Source of the DNA: an uncultured Bdellovibrionales bacterium
Lineage (GTDB): Bacteria; Patescibacteriota; Minisyncoccia; Moranbacterales; UBA2206
Assembly: GCA_964630615.1 (NCBI GenBank)
Contig: CAZVVG010000003.1
Coordinates: 1 to 38,180, forward strand
Length of the DNA: 38,180 nucleotides
Direction: 5' to 3'
The notes below the pieces were generated by a model. The model was not told the origin of the DNA. It ran no database searches and was given only the letters and a program-made list of their open reading frames with translations. Both the position numbers and the translations under genes were made by a program. Positions within the stretch are counted from its first letter, which is position 1; every line of letters starts with the position of its first letter. Of this stretch, positions 1-7,404 are shown in pieces.

Positions 1-755
1 TGCCAGGTGCAAGGATTGCCATTGACAACATGATAAATCCCAAAAGGTTTCCCTGCTTCTAAAATCTCCTTGGTTTTCCGAGCCAAATCAGGAGCATAAG
101 TAAAGCAACTGATTTCCTCATTGACCACTTTGACGGTTTTGTTTTTTTTGCCCAGTTCCAGCATGAGGTCAAAAAAACTGCGTTTTCCGTCTTGGATTTG
201 AGCGGGCTGGCCAAACAGCTTGGAAGTTCGGATTAGATAATATTTATTAGTATTTTTGGCTACCTGAACTTCCCCAAGGAGCTTGGATTTTCCGTAATTA
301 TTCATTGGTCTGGGCTGAGCCTCTTCTTGGAAACCGATTTCCGGAACGAAGTTTTCGTGCAAATGGCAATGAGCGCAAACCCCAGAACAACCGACCGGCT
401 TTTCTCTTTCCGGCTGACCGTCAAAAACATAATCGGTGGAATAGTGAACCAAAATTGCTCCGATTTTTTTCGCGGTCTTGGCCAGATAACCGGGGGCCAG
501 TCCGTTTATTTTTTTGGCCGTTTCAAATTCTTTTGGATCTTCGCATTTATCCACTCCATTATAAGCGGCGGCATTAATAATCACGTCGGGATTAACAACT
601 TTAATTTTCCTATAGACAGCTGATTCTTTGGTGATATCCAAATCTTTCTTATCCCAAGCTAAGACTTTAACGTTCTGGTCTTTTTTAAAGACTCTTACCA
701 GCTCTTGGCCGAGCATTCCTTTAGCTCCCAGAATCAGAATTTTTTTATCCGCCAT
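1..755 (-). CDS. rfbD: dTDP-4-dehydrorhamnose reductase (RmlD/RfbD), C-terminus cut by the window edge
   Basis: Absent from the ORF track because it runs off the window. Hand translation of the minus strand from the ATG at 755 is open to base 1: MADKKILILGAKGMLGQELVRVF...NAAAYNGVDKCE...HYSTDYVFDG...YGKSKLLGE (GxxGxxG Rossmann motif and YxxxK). The start overlaps the rfbB stop. An alternative in-frame ATG lies at 767. Confidence 0.85.
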   Translation of the reverse strand, partial: MADKKILILGAKGMLGQELVRVFKKDQNVKVLAWDKKDLDITKESAVYRKIKVVNPDVIINAAAYNGVDKCEDPKEFETAKKINGLAPGYLAKTAKKIGAILVHYSTDYVFDGQPEREKPVGCSGVCAHCHLHENFVPEIGFQEEAQPRPMNNYGKSKLLGEVQVAKNTNKYYLIRTSKLFGQPAQIQDGKRSFFDLMLELGKKNKTVKVVNEEISCFTYAPDLARKTKEILEAGKPFGIYHVVNGNPCTW

Positions 756-1749
756 ATTGTTTTTCATAATATTTTTGGTATTCCCCGCTTTTGATACTTC
801 TCCACCAGGATTCATTATCTTTGTACCACTCAATCGTTTTTTGCAATCCGTTTTCAAAATCGGTTTGGGGTTCCCATTCCAGGTGATATTTTATTTTGGA
901 AAAATCAATGGCATAGCGCTTGTCGTGGCCAGGGCGATCTTTAACGTATTCCAGCTGGTCTTCGTTTTTTCCCATTAATTTGAGAATTTTTTGGGCAATT
1001 TCTAAATTGGTTTTTTCCGCCTGGCCGCCGAGACAATAAGTTTCTCCAACTTTCCCCTTGTGGATTATTAGATCTAGCGCGGCACAATGATCTTCGACAA
1101 AAAGCCAATCACGAATGTTCAGGCCGTCTCCATAAATCGGAACTTTTTTTCCTTCCAGAAGATTGGTAATCGCCAGAGGAATAAATTTTTCTGGAAATTG
1201 ATAAGGACCATAGTTATTAGAGCAGTTGGAAAGAGTAATCGGAAGTTGATAAGTATGAAAATAGGCCTGTACCAAGTGATCCGAAGAAGCCTTGGAGGCG
1301 CTGTATGGGCTCCGCGGAGCATAGGGAGTTTTTTCGTTAAAAGGGGGCCAATTGAGCTCCAAAGAACCGAAAACTTCATCCGTAGAAATATGATGAAATC
1401 TTTTCAATCCGTTCTCCTTGGCTGCTTCTAGCAAAGTGTGGGTTCCGATTATATTCGTTTGGATAAAGTTTTGAGAATCGGCAATGGAGCGATCCACGTG
1501 CGATTCAGCGGCAAAATGAACAATTAGGTCGGATTCCTTGAGCAATTTTGCCACCAACTCTTTATCGCAGATATTTCCCTGGACAAATTGGTAATTCGGA
1601 TTTTTCTCTACCCCTTTCAGATTTTCCAAGTTGCCGGCATAAGTCAAAAGATCCAGATTGATAATCTGGTCTTGGGGGTATTTTTTAAGCCAATAATGGA
1701 TGAAGTTGCTGCCAATAAAACCAGCGCCGCCAGTGATTAATAATTTCAT
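745..1749 (-). CDS. rfbB: dTDP-glucose 4,6-dehydratase
   Basis: 334 aa. MKLLITGGAGFIGSNF Rossmann start, YSASKASSDHLV (YxxxK) and DGLNIRDWLFVEDH are typical of RmlB. Confidence 0.95.
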   Translation of the reverse strand: MKLLITGGAGFIGSNFIHYWLKKYPQDQIINLDLLTYAGNLENLKGVEKNPNYQFVQGNICDKELVAKLLKESDLIVHFAAESHVDRSIADSQNFIQTNIIGTHTLLEAAKENGLKRFHHISTDEVFGSLELNWPPFNEKTPYAPRSPYSASKASSDHLVQAYFHTYQLPITLSNCSNNYGPYQFPEKFIPLAITNLLEGKKVPIYGDGLNIRDWLFVEDHCAALDLIIHKGKVGETYCLGGQAEKTNLEIAQKILKLMGKNEDQLEYVKDRPGHDKRYAIDFSKIKYHLEWEPQTDFENGLQKTIEWYKDNESWWRSIKSGEYQKYYEKQYGG

Positions 1750-1757
1750 ATTTGAGA

Positions 1758-2153
1758 TTATAGGTTTTGGGAAATTAATTTTTTCGCGGTTTTTTCAATT
1801 TCCCCCTCCGGATATTTTCGGGTCGGCCAAAAATTAGCCAAACTGTCGTTTAATTTCCGGGGGATTAGGTGAATATGGAAATGCGGAATATCCAAGCCGA
1901 CTACCGAAACTGAAACATAATCCACCTCCAGGCCAGCTTTGATTTTAGGCATCAATTCTTTGGCCTTCAGGTAGCAATCGCTCAAAAGTGCGTCTGGAAC
2001 ATCCGGCATCATTGCGTGGTGTTCTTTGGGAATGAGTAAAGTGTGGCCGTAGGTTACGGGATTAATATCCAAGAAAGCCAGCAGTTTTTCGTCTTCATAA
2101 ATTTTTTCCGCTGGAATTTCTCCGGAAACGATTTTGCAAAAAATACATTCCAT
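1758..2153 (-). CDS. HIT-family (histidine triad) nucleotide hydrolase/transferase
   Basis: 131 aa. CIFCKI start and the histidine triad HFHIHLIP. Sits between rfbC and rfbB. Confidence 0.9.
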   Translation of the reverse strand: MECIFCKIVSGEIPAEKIYEDEKLLAFLDINPVTYGHTLLIPKEHHAMMPDVPDALLSDCYLKAKELMPKIKAGLEVDYVSVSVVGLDIPHFHIHLIPRKLNDSLANFWPTRKYPEGEIEKTAKKLISQNL

Positions 2154-2168
2154 ATTTTTGAAGTTAAA

Positions 2169-2621
2169 TTATTTTAAATGAAAAGGAGAATGAGGATCTT
2201 GTTCATGGCGGATTTCATCTATTTTGCCTTTCTTTTTTCTTCCCCGATAGAGTCGATCAGGAAGGTTGAAAGAAAGAGCCGGGGTCCGAGAAACACATTT
2301 ATAGCCATGCACGATCCCGGGAGGAACTAAGAGGGAAATTGGATTTTTTTCTCCCGCTTTTATTTTCAAATATTTTCCTCGTGTTGGACTTTTTTTCCGG
2401 TTATCCCAAAGATGGACCTCAAATTCTCCCGGACCGGCAAAGATAAAAAAATCCGATTGCTTAGTGTGTTCGTGGGGTCCCCGAACGATTCCTGGCCGGG
2501 TAAGACTCAGGTAGCCCATGGCGGGCTGATACCGGTCTTCGTCTTTTCGGAAAAACTCGCCTAACCAACCCCGAGCATCTTGGAATTTTTCTATTTTTTT
2601 TATGATTACGCCTGGAAGCAT
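2169..2621 (-). CDS. rfbC: dTDP-4-dehydrorhamnose 3,5-epimerase-like cupin (RmlC-like)
   Basis: F(Q)DARGWLGEFF, GPHEH and PPGIVHGY cupin motifs. The track ORF extends to 2645, but that extension abuts the upstream terminator, so I prefer the ATG at 2621 (MLPGVIIKKIEKF). Confidence 0.75.
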   Translation of the reverse strand: MLPGVIIKKIEKFQDARGWLGEFFRKDEDRYQPAMGYLSLTRPGIVRGPHEHTKQSDFFIFAGPGEFEVHLWDNRKKSPTRGKYLKIKAGEKNPISLLVPPGIVHGYKCVSRTPALSFNLPDRLYRGRKKKGKIDEIRHEQDPHSPFHLK

Positions 2622-2649
2622 AAGCCAATGATAATACAAAAACAAACAA

Positions 2650-2677
2650 AATAAAAGAGGCGACCCAGTCGCCTCTT
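2650..2677 (-). terminator. Intrinsic terminator after DUF4012-like gene 1
   Basis: Minus-strand hairpin agaggcgac-tgg-gtcgcctct followed by ttttattttg. Confidence 0.7.
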
Positions 2678-2712
2678 TTCTCTCTATTTAAGGATAATTT
2701 TTTTAAATGTAA

Positions 2713-4089
2713 TTATTCCCCGACGATTTTTTCTTGGGCTAACTGGAATTGATAGTCCCGAAGGTTTCCGTCTCGACCGATAATTTTTACCGTAACTGGA
2801 ATTTCTCTCACTCCCGATTGCTTTTGAATTTTGAGTTGATAATTATCGGGGTTGATTTTGCCGGAGACATTGTATTTCATTTCCACGGTTTTAGTCTGAC
2901 CAAGCGGTACTTCCACCAGAGAACCAAAGAATTTTTTCCCCAATTCATTGGCAAAAACCATTTTTCCGGTATTTGTGGAAGTTGTCAGCCAAGATTCTTC
3001 CGGCACATAAGCGCGCAGATAAGTGAGATAATTCTTAGTCATCCAATCCTTTTCTTTAGCTGTATGTGTGTAAGTTATTTTTAAAACTGCTTCCGGCGTG
3101 GATTTGGAAAAATCAACCGTATAGTCAATGGCTCTTTGCATTACTCGGTCGCTTTTTAGAGCGCCCATATTAGCATCAACGATCATCAAATAGTCATTTT
3201 CCCACTCCTGATCCACTAATCCGGCCCAGTTAGCGGCCGTGGCTTGCTTTTGCATTTCCGGATCCTTGAAATAAAGTTGAATGTCTTTGCTGTTCAGATC
3301 CTGCAAAATAACTTCAGCCAGCCTTACTTTTCCGCCCAAGCTTAAAGAAGAGATTTTTTTCATTATTTCCCGGGCTAAAGGACCCATGACGGATTTTCGT
3401 TCTCCGATTTCAAGATCCTGGTGGTAGTATCCTTTTTCTACCTGGTATTCAAGAGCCAAGACTCCGTTTTCACTGTCATAAGAACCTTCAAAACCAGGCA
3501 CTTCGACCGGTCCGGTAACTTTCAAAAATGAAGTCAGCACATTGGAATTGAGGCTAATAATTCCGTCAAAATTTTCCTCTCCTTTTCCCATTTTATAGAA
3601 TAACTCGGCCTTTTTGGCGTTGGTTAGGAAATCTGGAGAAAAGTTGGAATCACGCATTTTCCAGGAAGAAACTCGAAGAGTTTCTTTGATTGGATAGGGT
3701 GGCTCGATTCCATCTGGAATACGTCCGTCAAAGTTTGAAAGATCATGAGTTTCCAGCTTAGTGACTTCGCCATTTTTTACTTTTAAAATACCAAAAGATC
3801 CGATGTAGCCTCCGCCAGGACGCAATTCCATATTATTCTGGAAAAGAACCAGAAAGGTTCTTTCTTTCTCATCTTTCTGTAAAAGATAATTGGCAAACTG
3901 ACCCAAAGCTTCAAATTCTTTTCCGCTAGGCAGTCCCCAGGAAAGGAGGGTGGAAGCGGCGCCCAGCCCCGATTCGTTATCCGCCTTTCTTTGATTGAGG
4001 AACTGGCAAAAGAAATACCAGCCAATCAAAAAAATTAGGGAAAAAATCCAGAAAATTATCCAAAATTTTAGCGATCTTTTCTTAGCCAT
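2713..4089 (-). CDS. DUF4012-like membrane-anchored envelope protein, paralog 1
   Basis: 458 aa with an N-terminal TM helix. The FLVLFQNNMELRPGGGYIGSFGILKVKNGEV block matches the corresponding block of the 802-aa paralog at 22628-25036. Confidence 0.75.
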   Translation of the reverse strand: MAKKRSLKFWIIFWIFSLIFLIGWYFFCQFLNQRKADNESGLGAASTLLSWGLPSGKEFEALGQFANYLLQKDEKERTFLVLFQNNMELRPGGGYIGSFGILKVKNGEVTKLETHDLSNFDGRIPDGIEPPYPIKETLRVSSWKMRDSNFSPDFLTNAKKAELFYKMGKGEENFDGIISLNSNVLTSFLKVTGPVEVPGFEGSYDSENGVLALEYQVEKGYYHQDLEIGERKSVMGPLAREIMKKISSLSLGGKVRLAEVILQDLNSKDIQLYFKDPEMQKQATAANWAGLVDQEWENDYLMIVDANMGALKSDRVMQRAIDYTVDFSKSTPEAVLKITYTHTAKEKDWMTKNYLTYLRAYVPEESWLTTSTNTGKMVFANELGKKFFGSLVEVPLGQTKTVEMKYNVSGKINPDNYQLKIQKQSGVREIPVTVKIIGRDGNLRDYQFQLAQEKIVGE

Positions 4090-4101
4090 AAATTTGGTTG
4101 A

Positions 4102-4281
4102 TTAAAGTTTTCCTTGTAAAAGTTTGTTTAAGCGGGCTTTAACTTCTTCTGGGGTTGCTTCCGGAAAAACCGTTTGGCTCTCTTCTGGAAAGACATCGCC
4201 TTTTTTCAATTCCTCAGTTCTCTGAGGCGTAGGCAAATTTTCTGGCGGAGCCGATTTTCTGGCATAAGTGGCAAAATAATC
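4102..4281 (-). other. 59 open codons in frame with, and directly downstream of, the TAA stop of the Wzz-like gene
   Basis: Hand translation after the TAA at 4282-4284 gives DYFATYARKSAPPENLPTPQRTEELKKGDVFPEESQTVFPEATPEEVKARLNKLLQGKL, then TAA at 4102-4104. That second stop is 12 nt before the next gene start. Confidence 0.45.
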
Positions 4282-5094
4282 TTATTCTTCAGCCGGAGGA
4301 AAAGAAAATTCTTCCCTTTCAGGAAAGGAAGAGAGTTCTCGGCTTTCATTTTTTGGCTCAGTTGGAATACTTTCTCTTTCTCGAGCAGAAAATGTTTGCG
4401 GTTTTTTGACAAGATAAATGGAACCGCTTTCTTCGCTCCGGAAAAAATAGAAAAATCCGAAAGATCCGACGGCCCCGATAATCAAAGCCAATAGGGAGTT
4501 TAGAAAGACATTAGGACGCGCCTGATTTTTGCTGGTTATCGGTCCGTCAATCGTGCTTATAACGACTCTTTCTCCCCCACCGTGATATTTGGCGCTGTTA
4601 GCAGAAAGGTTTTCGGAAATCGCTTGAACAATTTTTTCCGCTTCTTTGCGGGAGGGATCAAAAACGCTGATTTTGATAATCCCGGTATTATTAATTTTTT
4701 TGGTTTTCACGTCTCTTTCCCATTCCTTTTTTCTTTCTTCCCGATCACTGGAAAATTTCCGCTGAATTCCTGCCGGGGATTTGAGAACCTCATCAATGAA
4801 GGAATCCGTATAGATGATTTTGGAAAAAATGTCGCTTAGGTATTCCGCCGACTTAGCAGCCGAATAAGCGTCCACTTTATCTTCCGGTTGTTTCTGAATA
4901 ACCAGAACGCTCATCTGCGATTCATACTTGGGAGTCAGAAACGCTGAAACGGCAAAAACAATCGCCGTCAAGAAAAGCGTGGTGAGAGAAATGGAAGTCC
5001 AATTCTCTTTGAGAGTTTTCATAAAATTGTTCATAACTTTTTTTAGCTTTATTAAAGGTTTCTTTTCGTCCTGAATCGGGATTCCGAGAAACAT
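4282..5094 (-). CDS. Wzz/polysaccharide co-polymerase-like chain-length determinant, paralog 1
   Basis: Short N-terminus, then a TM helix (ISLTTLFLTAIVFAVSAFL), then PKYESQMSVLV, and a C-terminal TM helix (LLALIIGAVGSFGFFYFF). An alternative start at 5034 (MNNFMKTLKENW) is plausible. Confidence 0.7.
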   Translation of the reverse strand: MFLGIPIQDEKKPLIKLKKVMNNFMKTLKENWTSISLTTLFLTAIVFAVSAFLTPKYESQMSVLVIQKQPEDKVDAYSAAKSAEYLSDIFSKIIYTDSFIDEVLKSPAGIQRKFSSDREERKKEWERDVKTKKINNTGIIKISVFDPSRKEAEKIVQAISENLSANSAKYHGGGERVVISTIDGPITSKNQARPNVFLNSLLALIIGAVGSFGFFYFFRSEESGSIYLVKKPQTFSARERESIPTEPKNESRELSSFPEREEFSFPPAEE

Positions 5095-5097
5095 TAT

Positions 5098-5126
5098 AGG
5101 TTAGCACAAAGCCAAAAATTTGTCAA
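5098..5126 (-). promoter_or_regulatory. Candidate sigma70-type promoter for the Wzz-like gene
   Basis: Minus strand reads TTGACA, 17-nt spacer ending in TG, then TAACCT (a weak -10). It lies just downstream of the lipoprotein terminator. If it is used, the ATG at 5094 would not be transcribed, which favours the 5034 start. Confidence 0.35.
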
Positions 5127-5180
5127 GCAAAGACTAAAGCTGGGTTGGATGGTTTTTTAAAATAAAGCCTTTTTTAAGAA

Positions 5181-5217
5181 ACAAAAAGAGCGTAGGAAGC
5201 AGTTTCGTTTCCTACGC
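5181..5217 (-). terminator. Intrinsic terminator after the lipoprotein gene
   Basis: Minus-strand hairpin gcgtaggaa-(10 nt)-ttcctacgc followed by tctttttgt. Confidence 0.75.
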
Positions 5218-5227
5218 CCAAAAATAT

Positions 5228-6127
5228 TTACTGTTCGATTATTTTTAGCTCTTTTAGCTGATAAGTCCCAGCCTGAAAGCCAAAAATAATTACCAGGCTG
5301 GCGGAGCTGTCTGTTTGGGAGGGAATAATCTCTGCGATGAGATTTTCCCCATACAGCTCTACTGCCTTCTCGCCGTAACTTCGGCTACCCTGTTTCAGCT
5401 GAATAATAACTTCAGCCGAAGGTAAGGAGTAGCCGGACACGATAACTTTATACACTCGGCCGGCGGTAATGGAAATCCCATCCCACCGAAGCATGGTACT
5501 CCATCTCTCTTGACCCATCCGGACATTTAATGTTCCGGATGAAGGATCCCAAGTGGAGCCGCTATTTGACCAAAATATTCCCTGACTTATATTAACAGGG
5601 ATTATTCTGGTTTGACTCGTAGTGGTTTTCAGCCGCGATCGCTTTACAGCGATATCACCGGCGAAAACATACTTGCCGGCTTTCTGGCCGAACATAAGTA
5701 AAAATTCGGCCTGATTATCATCCGCTTCAACCGCAAGCTGGATGATATTTTTCCCTTGAAAACCAAACTCTTGGGAGGCATAGGTTATATCCCCGCCTTT
5801 GTTTTTGATTTTCAGGGAAACTCCATCATTTCCCGATCCGGAAACGGTGAATTCTAATCGGTCACCTTTTCGAATTGGGAAATCTTCCCATTTTAAGGCA
5901 GACTGATATGGTTCTCCGTCTCTGGCAACCCAAATTTCAGGATTCTTATACATACCACCATTGTTTGACCAGAATTTTGCTCCGGCCAAATTAAGGTTAA
6001 AGTTTTCAACCACGTATTCGCGGTTGTCAATTTGAGGTTGAACTTCTCCCTCATCATCTCCGCCTCCACCACAGCCAATGAGAATAAGGGTGGCCATAAC
6101 AAAAACAAAAAACCTCTTTACCTTCAT
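5228..6127 (-). CDS. Lipoprotein with two tandem related domains (family not recognised)
   Basis: 299 aa. Signal peptide with lipobox LIGC and a GGGG linker. Perfect AGGAGG at 6141-6136, 8 nt from the ATG. The internal duplication is visible: FWSNNGG..LKWEDFPIRKGDRLEFTVSG versus FWSNSGS..LRWDGISITAGRVYKVIVSG. Confidence 0.85.
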   Translation of the reverse strand: MKVKRFFVFVMATLILIGCGGGGDDEGEVQPQIDNREYVVENFNLNLAGAKFWSNNGGMYKNPEIWVARDGEPYQSALKWEDFPIRKGDRLEFTVSGSGNDGVSLKIKNKGGDITYASQEFGFQGKNIIQLAVEADDNQAEFLLMFGQKAGKYVFAGDIAVKRSRLKTTTSQTRIIPVNISQGIFWSNSGSTWDPSSGTLNVRMGQERWSTMLRWDGISITAGRVYKVIVSGYSLPSAEVIIQLKQGSRSYGEKAVELYGENLIAEIIPSQTDSSASLVIIFGFQAGTYQLKELKIIEQ

Positions 6128-6326
6128 CTTTCTCTCCTCCTTTTTTTATTTTTTATTTTCCTATAATTTATTTTTAATTTCCGGCCAGATTAGACTAAAC
6201 CAGAAATAAAAAAGGTATTAAATTGTCAAAGAAATGACCCTGAAGCCTAGCATAAAATTAAAATAAAGTAAAGCCCCGAAATTCCTGTGCTTAAATTTAA
6301 GGCTTATATTAAGGATATTTTTCCTA

Positions 6327-6355
6327 TTGACAAAAAATTTTATTTAGTGTAAACT
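6327..6355 (+). promoter_or_regulatory. Near-consensus sigma70-type promoter with extended -10
   Basis: TTGACA (6327-6332), 17-nt spacer ending in TG, TAAACT (6350-6355). Confidence 0.65.
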
Positions 6356-6509
6356 ATTTTGTTAAAGCTAGAACCTTGAAAATTCAATTTTCTACCCACC
6401 CTTTTGGAAGTCAAATTTATTTTTGGCTTTTGGAATGGTGGGTGGGACAGGTAAAAAAGTATATAATAATAAAAAAACGAAACAACAAAGAAGGAAGAAG
6501 GAGGAGAAA

Positions 6510-7298
6510 ATGAAGAAAGTGCTGTTTTTTTGTGTCGTTTTTATTTTTTTTACTGCGGGTGCCCTGGCCGCGGATGTCACCGTAAGGGGTGACACCGTTC
6601 GTGGTCCGGTAGTTTCCGCACTTATCAACAGCTATTTCCCGGGAGTGAAGGGAGTGGCTGTTGTTGATAACTCCCTTGGCGAGAATGTTCTCGTCACGGG
6701 AGCGGGAGGTTCGGAGAGGATTCACTTTTCTGGGCCTTTGGTCGCGAAGCTCCAAAAGCTGACGGCCAATCCCCGGGCCGGCGAAGGGCTTATGTCCATT
6801 TGTCCTGGACAGGCCAAGCAGCTCGCGAGAGCTGTTGGTCCGATGCCGGTGGCAGTGGCAAAGGCTCCCATCATCACCTGGGAGGAGAAGTCCTCTCACT
6901 GTGATCGGAGCGGCGGGTGTTACGGCAAGGTCCTGACTGGCAAGTACAGGACCCTCAAGCCGTTCCAGGGGGTAAGATTGGTTTCTAATGTTGGAAACCA
7001 GAATTATCCCAACAATTCGATCTCTTTCAAGATCGAATACCATGAGGCCGGTCTTACAGGATGGCCTTATGGGACTGGCTGGGGTCCGACCATCGTAGTT
7101 CGCAACGCAACGGTAGAAAACCCGTTTGAGTTGCTGAATATGGCGGCCCCCTGCATACTGCCCTATCTTGAGCGCATCAAGGCGCTTAAGAAGGGGCAGC
7201 CTGGAACCGAAGGTGATTCCTGCTGGGAAGTCGTCCTTCTTAGAGACGGAAGTCTCTATAAGGATGAAAGCCCGGCCGAAGCACCTTTCGGCCGCTAA
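6510..7298 (+). CDS. Secreted Cys-containing protein of unknown family (GC-rich)
   Basis: The track ORF starts at a TTG at 6423. I prefer the ATG at 6510, which is preceded by AGGAGG (6499-6504) and followed by the signal peptide MKKVLFFCVVFIFFTAGALA/AD. The protein has six Cys residues after the predicted cleavage site. A sampled line (6781-6840) is 58% GC. Confidence 0.8.
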   Translation: MKKVLFFCVVFIFFTAGALAADVTVRGDTVRGPVVSALINSYFPGVKGVAVVDNSLGENVLVTGAGGSERIHFSGPLVAKLQKLTANPRAGEGLMSICPGQAKQLARAVGPMPVAVAKAPIITWEEKSSHCDRSGGCYGKVLTGKYRTLKPFQGVRLVSNVGNQNYPNNSISFKIEYHEAGLTGWPYGTGWGPTIVVRNATVENPFELLNMAAPCILPYLERIKALKKGQPGTEGDSCWEVVLLRDGSLYKDESPAEAPFGR

Positions 7299-7317
7299 CC
7301 TGTTACCCACCACCCAA

Positions 7318-7353
7318 AGCCCGTCAGTGCATTGCACCAACGGGCTTTTTTAA
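7318..7353 (+). terminator. Intrinsic terminator of the plus-strand secreted-protein gene
   Basis: aaagcccgt...acgggcttt stem with an inner gtgc/gcac extension, followed by ttttt. Confidence 0.8.
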
Positions 7354-7357
7354 TACC

Positions 7358-7380
7358 TAAAAACCGGTTGACGCCGGTCA
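7358..7380 (-). terminator. Possible weak terminator after the 7405-7959 gene
   Basis: Minus strand reads gaccgg-cgtcaa-ccggtt followed by tttagg. The stem is short. Confidence 0.4.
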
Positions 7381-7404
7381 CAAAAGATAATTTTTTTAAC
7401 TTAA

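Noticed and set aside
305-978. Three plus-strand ORFs (90, 98 and 116 aa) at the left edge
   Set aside because: They are antisense to the clearly recognisable rfbD and rfbB coding sequences, and their products are low-complexity.
1752-1757. TATAAT 7 nt upstream of the rfbB start
   Set aside because: It overlaps the HIT gene stop codon (cta taa t) inside an operon with an 8-nt gap and has no -35 box. It is likely chance in AT-rich DNA.
6128-6326. TTGACA on the minus strand (about 6221-6226) as a promoter for the lipoprotein gene
   Set aside because: There is no acceptable -10 hexamer at 16-18 nt spacing (tatttc or atttct), so I could not support a promoter call for this gene.
6585-6593. RGD tripeptide right after the signal-peptide cleavage site of the GC-rich secreted protein
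   Set aside because: A three-residue motif occurs by chance too often, and there is no supporting context for integrin-type binding in a bacterial setting.
6417-7340. 307-aa minus-strand ORF almost coextensive with the plus-strand secreted-protein gene
   Set aside because: Long antisense ORFs are expected in GC-rich segments. This one has no SD or signal features, its start lies inside the plus-strand terminator hairpin, and its C-terminus is low-complexity. The plus-strand gene has a promoter, AGGAGG, a signal peptide and a terminator.
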